A stretch of 64,000 bases of DNA from a virus, in the IMG/VR virus record IMGVR_UViG_3300045988_137804, positions 1-64,000 of that record; one strand, given 5' to 3'. Positions 57,501 through 64,000 of the stretch are shown here, in pieces; within the stretch, counting starts at the first letter, position 1, and every line of letters starts with the position of its first letter. The position numbers and the translations under genes are program-made. The notes under the pieces are model-generated. The model was not told the DNA's origin. It searched no databases and worked only from the letters and a program-made list of their open reading frames with translations.

Positions 57501-57607
57501 GAATTTTTTACAAACCCGAGTTCGTCTTCACCGAGAACTGGGTTGGTGGATTCCCAGTTCTTTTCAGTGTCTGATCTTTGTAAAAGTTTAACTGATAAAG
57601 TTTTCAT
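54527..57607 (-). CDS. Large tail fibre protein (1026 aa)
   Basis: Ser/Thr/Gly-rich; shares TGTIDIARLPQGALER...GDTVKVTGTGKMY with 60286-62025 and TVYTHPSYTAKTNGLYKVTVDSTGHVS with 46900-48618. Confidence 0.5.
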   Translation of the reverse strand: MKTLSVKLLQRSDTEKNWESTNPVLGEDELGFVKNSGNFKIGDGSKKWSELPLYESLSPDDRSKLDGIASGANKTTVDSALSSTSTNPVQNKVVNSALAGKSNTNHTHDLSTMINTLTTGTATPNDDDYYVSQYAGGGTTTTTYHRRPLKALFEYIKSKLHKVAISGSYNDLSNKPTIPSVGNGTITIKQAGAVKGSFTTNQSGATTIELTDNNTNTWRDVIDNLTSTATDKSLSAAQGKWLNENKAAMMTLTNQNLNSVTTPGFYNAGGGNTVSNKPSGVDNFGLIVSHTANGTYYTQILFTTGSTTINKSYRRFCQDGTWGNWTEEKLTDTVYTHPSYTAKTNGLYKVTVDSTGHVSGTTAVAKSDITALGIPSTNTTYSTGTASTSGLTKLYTGTGTATDGTMTQAAIKSVLDGKSDTGHTHVSLDKIGSVAYIGSDKANTAGWYKVYSTTLTGYSNHVARLLFTYGYGNIGSAILDLHIRCDNSTTIYVRELKWESRTGTAFLPGDAIINTNGNTWTLYIYNHQNQYGRMKVRVLESTNTSNNWNMEIKSNDTPESATPTATVTSSDGGSVNYANSAGAVAWGNVTGKPSTFTPSSHTHDDRYYTESEVDSKLSGKANTSHNHTISQITDIANASVKSATSATTAASAQSVEWNNVKNKPSTYTPSTHNHDNSTITSVDASKITTGTIDIARLPQGALERCVIVADDTDRFKLTTASIQKGDTVKVTGTGKMYFVIDDTKLSSEDGYTVYTAGSATSAPWSGITGKPATYPPSSHNHDSSYLKLTGGVMTGNISYKGSKSTYEMIKFIDNTSDVYGNGVVIGGGGATIVGGGESADAAKSLLSNGGDEKLFLTNDGNIDFYTNCNNGIAGATHTYIDTNGIYSGKANTAGTADVAKVANSVTWANVSGKPSTFTPATHNHDSTYLKLSGGTMTGALNLANNTWNTLGDDVAIGDHDKTGSLGIKGLNGSPKATFVKSDGTNLCNIGSSASGKLETSATSFQLGGGATITYNSTNKCIDFTFN

Positions 57608-57628
57608 TAATTATTTACTCCAATCTTT

Positions 57629-60271
57629 TTATTCAAGTTTCGTATTTATAAGTTTATACAAAGATGCTCCAAAATCTATAGGAGTGCCTTTGTACCCAGC
57701 CGACACAGCTCCAGCATATATACTACCAGCAATGTCTATCTTTTCTCCTTTTAAATCATAACAATAAACACTACCTTTTTCTGTAATATATAAAGCGTTT
57801 CTAAATTTTGAAGGAGTTAAATTTTCCTGTTCTTCATTAATTCTACATAATCTCAACGAAGCATTAGTGGATGATTTTCCACGTATGGACACCTCCTCGT
57901 CCAAATCATACATATATACATCATCTAATGTTAATGTTACATTTGTACCGAATCCAAAACTTTGGAAGCCAACACACAAGCTTGTTGCATTATCTGGAAT
58001 GGTATATCTTATACAACATATTTTTTCACCAGACCACACATCTGATTTATTTTTTGTATTACTATACAAACGCACTGTGTTTGGATTATCTGTATTAACT
58101 CCTAATCCAAAAGCATAATTTACCCATCCGTTAGATGCTGTTCCTAATCCAGTTGATCCATCAGAAAACACAAATGTTGAACAGCCAAGTTCTATAGTGT
58201 GTCCTCTTAAAGCTATGACATCATCTCCACTATATTTGTATTTAGACCATCCCCATGCATTAGTATGTGATATATTGTAATCATATACTTTCCAACCATT
58301 CTTTGTATCTGGTGTCATTTTTGCACTCATTTCTGATGAATTATTGAAGCTTGTTGGAAAAATATTTGTATACCATTTTTTTGAAACTTCGTCTGAATGT
58401 TCGCCAAGATCAATGAGGTATGCGTTTTTAAGTGTCACTGTTCCATTAAACTTTTCGTTCTCTGGTGCATGAAACCATACTCTTATATTGTAAGAAGTAA
58501 ATATATCTTCAGACGTTTTATCATAGTATCCAGTTGCCGTACCAAGATCACTTCCAACACCACTGATTTTATAGTTTGTTACAGCATCCCCGTTTAAAGG
58601 TTGCATATCAACATAGATGTAAAAAGATGGCACAGACCATAACCATTTCGCATCATATACTGTTCCATTTGGTAAAGTCCAACTATCTTCTGACATATCA
58701 AACACAACGTCAGAAAAACCGAATTCTAGCCCTTTACCTGTTTGTTTAAAGTCTTCGTAGTTTGTTGGTTGTATAACATTCAAATAAATTCCACCTTGGT
58801 TCAAATCTGTATAGCTACAAACAATATCAGTTGTTCCATCAGAATTTTGAACAACTTCAATCGCTCCTCCAGAAATTCCATGACTTTCTGAGTCAGTTGA
58901 TATAAAATTTGTGTAATCCGAAAATGATAATGTGTTATTCCAGTCATCGATTGCCATTCTCCAGTATGAAACAGCGTTTCTTTTTGAATCAGCAGTGGCA
59001 TTATTTACAAGGTCTGATAAGGTAGTAATTTCGTCCATCAGTTCATGTTCAATAACTGGTGCAGTTAGGAATCCATTATTGAACTTATGTCCATCTAAAA
59101 TACAGTAATTTTTAATTGCTGTTTCTTTAGATACTTTACCAGATAAATTTTTCCATTTATGAACCTCTAAAACATGAGAATTAACTTTTAATTGATAGAT
59201 ATTGTCATCAATTTTTTTGATAACTTTTGTATTCCCTTTAGAAAACATATCTACAAATTCAGGCTTTTCAATACAATTAAACGTCCCCATAGATACATAT
59301 CCACCGCCACAAGCTAGTGTTGTGGCGCATAAATATGTAAGCAAAATATCTTTATAGTCTCCAGCATCATTTGGAAGATAATTCAATGTCCAAATTTTTG
59401 CTTTACATTTTCCAGTTGAATACCAATTCGCACAATAATCATATATGTTTGTTTGACCGTTTTGCCAAGCATAATCATCTTTATAATTTGTTGAAGAAAT
59501 CAAACACGATTCTAAACATATAACGTCATCAGCATTTAGAGATGAATACCAATCCCCAACAGTAAATGGCATTCCACCATTAGTGATAACAAATAAACCT
59601 CTTGAATAACAGGCATTGATAAGAGTAATCCATTTCTGATTTAATGCTTCGTTTTTATCTTTGAAGTTATCTGGCTTCCATCCAAATTGATAACAAATAT
59701 CTTCTTTTGTAAAATCATATCCCCAATCATCAAAGAACACACCATCTGTGCCAGATCCTTTAAAATAATCTAACCAGTCACAAATTTGCTGGAATGTATA
59801 TATTCTTGTACAACCAGATAAATCTGCTGTTGAACCGTCCCATGAACCATCTGAATTCAGATGTGCATGATCTCCGTTATATGTAAAATCAGTACGTCCA
59901 CTTTCTGATTGGAGATATTCAAATGTACGTAATTTTGGATTTAATTCTTTGGCACGTTTTAGTATTTTTGTTGTATTATCTGTGAAAGTCGGTCTTGAAT
60001 CGGCTAATCTATTTAAATTTAAACGTTGCATTCCAACAAGATCATGTTTTGAAAACATAATTGCATCATTTTCAATTCCGTTTCCACGTTCAATATTATT
60101 ACTCCAACCTAACCAAACAAGTCCCAAACTTTGATCTATAGGCATTGTGTTTTCATATTTCTCAAGCGATTTATTGATTTCATCAATTGAATTTCGAGAT
60201 GCTTCATCCATAATCTCATATACTGGAGAATTATTTATGGCAAAAGTTTTCATAACTTTATTCGTGCTCAA
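57629..60271 (-). CDS. Tail-associated putative glycoside hydrolase (TIM-barrel GH114/GHL-like depolymerase)
   Basis: DGVFFDDWGYDF-type motif and a long N-terminal catalytic-like region; a beta-rich C-terminus. Confidence 0.35.
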   Translation of the reverse strand: MSTNKVMKTFAINNSPVYEIMDEASRNSIDEINKSLEKYENTMPIDQSLGLVWLGWSNNIERGNGIENDAIMFSKHDLVGMQRLNLNRLADSRPTFTDNTTKILKRAKELNPKLRTFEYLQSESGRTDFTYNGDHAHLNSDGSWDGSTADLSGCTRIYTFQQICDWLDYFKGSGTDGVFFDDWGYDFTKEDICYQFGWKPDNFKDKNEALNQKWITLINACYSRGLFVITNGGMPFTVGDWYSSLNADDVICLESCLISSTNYKDDYAWQNGQTNIYDYCANWYSTGKCKAKIWTLNYLPNDAGDYKDILLTYLCATTLACGGGYVSMGTFNCIEKPEFVDMFSKGNTKVIKKIDDNIYQLKVNSHVLEVHKWKNLSGKVSKETAIKNYCILDGHKFNNGFLTAPVIEHELMDEITTLSDLVNNATADSKRNAVSYWRMAIDDWNNTLSFSDYTNFISTDSESHGISGGAIEVVQNSDGTTDIVCSYTDLNQGGIYLNVIQPTNYEDFKQTGKGLEFGFSDVVFDMSEDSWTLPNGTVYDAKWLWSVPSFYIYVDMQPLNGDAVTNYKISGVGSDLGTATGYYDKTSEDIFTSYNIRVWFHAPENEKFNGTVTLKNAYLIDLGEHSDEVSKKWYTNIFPTSFNNSSEMSAKMTPDTKNGWKVYDYNISHTNAWGWSKYKYSGDDVIALRGHTIELGCSTFVFSDGSTGLGTASNGWVNYAFGLGVNTDNPNTVRLYSNTKNKSDVWSGEKICCIRYTIPDNATSLCVGFQSFGFGTNVTLTLDDVYMYDLDEEVSIRGKSSTNASLRLCRINEEQENLTPSKFRNALYITEKGSVYCYDLKGEKIDIAGSIYAGAVSAGYKGTPIDFGASLYKLINTKLE

Positions 60272-60285
60272 AAAATCACCTCCAT

Positions 60286-62025
60286 TTAAATAGTTAAAAC
60301 AACGTTGCCGTTATCATCATCTGCTACAGAAATTTCCTTCCCAGCAAGCTGTGTGTCTCCGTTACTATCAGTAACAGTAGAACTTACAACACTGGTAACT
60401 TTAAGATTTCCATCATTATTTGATACATAAGTTGTTGCGCCACCGGCATTTCCACCATCAAGAATTAATAATTCAGTCCCTTGAACCAAATAATTTGTTG
60501 ATACATTCGCCTCTACAGGAATACCATTTGCAAAATATACTGGATGTGTTGTAGAACCTGCGTTTGTTCCTAATTTACTTGCAGTTGTAGCATTAGTAGC
60601 AGAACTAGCAGATCCTGCACTTGTTGCATATTTAACAGATTTATCCTTATCTGCCGTATTATCTACATTTCCAAGACCTACTTCCGATTTCGTGTAAGTT
60701 GGCTTTTTTGCTGCTTTCGCCCATGCAGGAACGTCAGATGCAGGTAGAGTAGTAGGATAAGCTGGAAGAGTTACCGTAGTTCCGGATTTATATTCTGTTG
60801 TACCAATTTTTACAGACTGAACAGCGCTATCAGCTTTTGCTCCCTGTGCAGCCGTAGCTTTTCCATCAAGAGCAGCCTGTAATCCTGTAATAGTGCTAAT
60901 TGCCTGATTATGCGCAGATGGTGTATATGATGTTGGTTTGCCTGTTACACCAGACCACGGAACAGAAGTAGCTGATCCGGCTGTGTAAATCTCATAACCT
61001 TCTTCACTTGAAAGTTTGCTTTCGTCAACAACATAGTACATTTTTCCAGTACCAGTTACTTTGACTGTATCACCAAGCTGTACATTAGTTTTTGTAAGCT
61101 TAAATCTTGCAGTGTCATCTGCAACGATTGTTAATCTTTCAAGAGCACCTTGAGGCAATCTTGCGATATCAATCGTTCCTGTTGTAATCTTTCCTGCATC
61201 AATTGCTGTGATATCAGCATTTCCATGTGTATGATGTTTAGCGGCGGCATCTGTAATTCCATAACCACCTAAAGTTGTAGGATTAGAACCACCTGTTACA
61301 TGTCCCTGTGCATTCACCGTAACTTTAGTGTATGTACCAGCAGAAACTCCGGAAGTAGGATGTGAATATTTTGTATCTGTAGAATTGACTACAATTGCCC
61401 CATTAGCATCTGTTGTTACAGAAGTAGCTCCGGAACCTTTAATTGTAACAGACTGTTTCTTGGAGTCGCTGTCTACAATATCTACGGTCGCATTACCATT
61501 CGTTGCATTTGTTGGAGTTCCAAGAGTGTATGTTGTATTTTTATAAGAAGAAATATAATTCTTATCGTTTGTAAGTTCTGAGACTTTGGTTGGTACTTTT
61601 ACATTTACAGCCTTAGAATTTGGTGTGAGGGCAGTACCATTTACTTTCACAGTCTCAATTACGTTAGCCTGTGCATTACTTGGAGCATGTGCTGACTGAG
61701 AATGCGTAAAAGCTTTATCATAATTTGATTTTAATCCTGTTGTAAATGAAGCTGTAATAGCATCTAGGATCGCTTTATTTGAGTGAGAATGTGAAGCTGC
61801 CTTAACCGCAGCATTAATAGCATTTGTAATTTCTGTTGGAGTATTTGTAAGATAAGGAAGGTCTGCAAATTTGTCTGTACCATTACCAACCTTTACTTTC
61901 GGTTCTCCGCTTTCAGGAAATTCAATAGCGTACTCACCTTTTAGCAGTACTTTTTCAGAAGTCCCCCAATTTGCAGTAGTATCGTTACAAATAACCAGTC
62001 TTGTGTTTAAAGTATTATTTGCCAT
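60286..62025 (-). CDS. Tail fibre protein (paralog sharing modules with 54527-57607)
   Basis: TGTIDIARLPQGALERLTIVADDTARFKLT...KVTGTGKMYYVVDESKLSSEEGYEIYTAGSATSVPWSGVTGKP. Confidence 0.5.
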   Translation of the reverse strand: MANNTLNTRLVICNDTTANWGTSEKVLLKGEYAIEFPESGEPKVKVGNGTDKFADLPYLTNTPTEITNAINAAVKAASHSHSNKAILDAITASFTTGLKSNYDKAFTHSQSAHAPSNAQANVIETVKVNGTALTPNSKAVNVKVPTKVSELTNDKNYISSYKNTTYTLGTPTNATNGNATVDIVDSDSKKQSVTIKGSGATSVTTDANGAIVVNSTDTKYSHPTSGVSAGTYTKVTVNAQGHVTGGSNPTTLGGYGITDAAAKHHTHGNADITAIDAGKITTGTIDIARLPQGALERLTIVADDTARFKLTKTNVQLGDTVKVTGTGKMYYVVDESKLSSEEGYEIYTAGSATSVPWSGVTGKPTSYTPSAHNQAISTITGLQAALDGKATAAQGAKADSAVQSVKIGTTEYKSGTTVTLPAYPTTLPASDVPAWAKAAKKPTYTKSEVGLGNVDNTADKDKSVKYATSAGSASSATNATTASKLGTNAGSTTHPVYFANGIPVEANVSTNYLVQGTELLILDGGNAGGATTYVSNNDGNLKVTSVVSSTVTDSNGDTQLAGKEISVADDDNGNVVLTI

Positions 62026-62050
62026 TGTTCCTCCAATCTAAAAAGGAACT

Positions 62051-62482
62051 CTAAGAGTTAGAGTTCCCACAGTTTATAATATTAATTTCATCATAATTGC
62101 TACCTACGCAATAGTATTTTGTATTCTCGTTGTCCCAACGATAAATACGATTTGTTTTAGTAGCAACATAAATATGATATGTATCTCCCATAGTCGGGAA
62201 AGAATATATTGTATCTTTTGTCACGATAGGAGATTCATTCAGTTCAATCCATTCTCCGTTAAAATAATATAATGTATTTGGTAAGAGCAAATAAATTTTA
62301 TTAGCTAATGGAGCAAGAGGAAGTTCTGAACAAATAACCAAATCAGATGACATTTTTATTCGTGTTGTTGCATCATCTTTATAAAAATTCCCCGTATCTC
62401 TACAGAAAATCAATTGACCATCTGTAATAGGGATGTCTGACAAACGAGACTGTGATGCTTCTGTAAGAGATAAAAATCCCAT
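62051..62482 (-). CDS. hypothetical structural protein
   Basis: ORF only. Confidence 0.3.
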   Translation of the reverse strand: MGFLSLTEASQSRLSDIPITDGQLIFCRDTGNFYKDDATTRIKMSSDLVICSELPLAPLANKIYLLLPNTLYYFNGEWIELNESPIVTKDTIYSFPTMGDTYHIYVATKTNRIYRWDNENTKYYCVGSNYDEINIINCGNSNS

Positions 62483-62517
62483 ATCATCCTCCTTTTATAA
62501 CATCCCATAAGGAAAAA

Positions 62518-63456
62518 TTATGCAATTTCTGTCCAAGTAATTGCGTTTTCAGTTGCTTTTACTCTTGTATCCATTGCTCCATTAAGACCATCGGCATAGG
62601 CTTTTGCATCATTAAGAGCCTTTGTAGCTTTTTCCTGTGCATCTGTTGCAGCCGCATCGATCGCAGCCTGTTTTGCTGTATCAATAGCAGAATTGATAGT
62701 CTGTACTTTTTCATCAATCTGCTCTTTTGTATAGTAGTCCTCAAGAGATTTTGTAACTTCTGCAAATTTGTCATTGATTGCTTTTGTCACAGCTTCAGTT
62801 GTTGCATAAGCAGAGAGGTCTACTGTAAATCCAAGAAGCTCCCAAGCTGTTCCTGTATATACATACTCTTTACCATCGTCATTTGTATGCCATACATCAC
62901 CTGTAACCATACCCTTAACTGCTTCGAGTTCTTTGTAATTCTCTTTAGCTCCTTTAAATCTAAAAACGGACGCTACCTTAGAATCAATCTGCTGCTGAAG
63001 TTCTGATTTTGCGTCATTAACTTTCTTTGTTGCGTCAGCAGAAGCTGTTTCTGTTGCAGACTTAATAGCATCCTCTTTTGCTGCATCAATCTTAGCCTGA
63101 ATTGCTTCGGAGCCTTCTACGCCCTTAAGCTTTTTGGCAAGATAAGTCTTTACGGCAGCCTGTGTTACAACTTTTCCATCATTGTCTGTTGTATCACCAA
63201 TAGTACCGATTGTACCTACTGCAAGATCAACATAATCTGCACCTGTATAAATTTTTGCTGAATAATCATCCAGAACATAAATTACTCCCTGTGATGGTGT
63301 TCCTGGAAGAGCAGAAACTTTTACAACTTTCTGGCTGTATACTTTGTCTCCTTTAAAAATCTGACCATCTGCAAAATAGAGTGTGTCATTGTCTTTTGTT
63401 TCAATTGCATTATACTTATCAAGAGTACCAAATTTAAAATTAATAATGTTATTCAT
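62518..63456 (-). CDS. Ala-rich coiled-coil structural protein
   Basis: Heptad-like Ala/Lys/Asp/Glu-rich sequence. Confidence 0.3.
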   Translation of the reverse strand: MNNIINFKFGTLDKYNAIETKDNDTLYFADGQIFKGDKVYSQKVVKVSALPGTPSQGVIYVLDDYSAKIYTGADYVDLAVGTIGTIGDTTDNDGKVVTQAAVKTYLAKKLKGVEGSEAIQAKIDAAKEDAIKSATETASADATKKVNDAKSELQQQIDSKVASVFRFKGAKENYKELEAVKGMVTGDVWHTNDDGKEYVYTGTAWELLGFTVDLSAYATTEAVTKAINDKFAEVTKSLEDYYTKEQIDEKVQTINSAIDTAKQAAIDAAATDAQEKATKALNDAKAYADGLNGAMDTRVKATENAITWTEIA

Positions 63457-63471
63457 CGATTTTCTCCTTTA

Positions 63472-63837
63472 CTAAAATTCTGTCCATACCATACCTGCAC
63501 CGGAAATCTGTGTAATTACTGGTTCTACAGTAAATGAAGAAGTTCCCTGTTGTACAAGATATGGATAAAACTTACCGTCTGAAGCACTTTTAATTACTAC
63601 TGGTTGTCCGGCATATGTATCTGAGCTTTTATTGACTGTAGTAGTAGCTTCCTCAGTACTATTGAAACAAAGAATACGTGGGCGAATTGCCTGTTTTTCT
63701 TTGTTGTCGGTAATATAGAAAAGCTCTGCTGTATCTTTTGTCAGAACCAAATCTCTTTCATCAATGATTCCATTTTCAATTGCAGTATCAAGATTCGCAA
63801 TATTACCGTAACCAAATTTCATAGATGTGTCTGCCAT
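63472..63837 (-). CDS. hypothetical structural protein
   Basis: ORF only. Confidence 0.3.
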   Translation of the reverse strand: MADTSMKFGYGNIANLDTAIENGIIDERDLVLTKDTAELFYITDNKEKQAIRPRILCFNSTEEATTTVNKSSDTYAGQPVVIKSASDGKFYPYLVQQGTSSFTVEPVITQISGAGMVWTEF

Positions 63838-63860
63838 GATGTACCTCCTTTGAATTTATT

Positions 63861-64000
63861 AAAATTCGACCACTTCAATTTTGCCTGGATTATCAGTGCC
63901 AGGATCAGGACTTGTTCCTTTTGAAATGTCAATTTTATTTCCAATTGGTGTACCATTTGCAAGTAACTGGAGAATATTATCTCTAAGAGTAATATTGTCA
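63861..64000 (-). CDS. 3' end of a structural gene that continues beyond the right edge of the window
   Basis: An open frame on the minus strand ending in GKIEVVEF-stop. Confidence 0.3.

Noticed and set aside
1-64000. Integrase / excisionase or rRNA genes
   Set aside because: No tyrosine- or serine-recombinase motif and no rRNA-like sequence was recognised anywhere in the window.

Overview
The window is a 64 kb stretch of a low-GC (about one-third GC) tailed-phage or prophage genome, probably from a Firmicutes/Clostridia-type host (the endolysin carries choline-binding-like cell-wall repeats). From the left edge to about 38.8 kb a plus-strand early module encodes, in order: an orphan C5 cytosine methyltransferase, a DUF4160/DUF2442 pair, a sigma factor, a GIY-YIG homing endonuclease that split a P-loop kinase gene, a flotillin-like SPFH protein next to a PRTase-domain protein, a tRNA / tRNA-like cluster, and a full replication plus nucleotide-metabolism set. 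That set comprises SSB-like, RecA-like ATPase, DnaB-like helicase, DnaG primase, RecJ-like DHH exonuclease, DnaE-type Pol III alpha, RecD-like helicase, FolD, ThyX, HAD phosphatase, NAD-dependent ligase, guanylate-kinase-like, NT5C-type nucleotidase, intein-containing NrdD plus NrdG, dUTPase and an HNH endonuclease. At 38.9-44.3 kb a repeat-rich 600 bp non-coding region is followed by a Tn7-like tnsA-tnsB-tnsC-tniQ/tnsD transposition module; no inverted left end is recognisable in the 60 bp before the convergent endolysin gene. From 44.4 kb to the right edge all genes are on the minus strand: endolysin, then a large set of mosaic, paralogous tail-fibre / receptor-binding genes (LamG lectin domains, a glycoside-hydrolase-like putative depolymerase) and small structural proteins. 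Notable sequence-level oddities are a 55-bp perfect inverted repeat at the window start that coincides with loss of motif I of the methyltransferase, a frameshift at an (AT)5 tract in the homing endonuclease, a G10 tract inside a structural gene, a T17 tract between two receptor-binding paralogs, and an 8-copy TCCCAAAAA / TTTTTGGGA repeat array upstream of tnsA. No CRISPR array, integrase or rRNA was seen. All product calls come from motif reading of the supplied translations, and no database search was possible.
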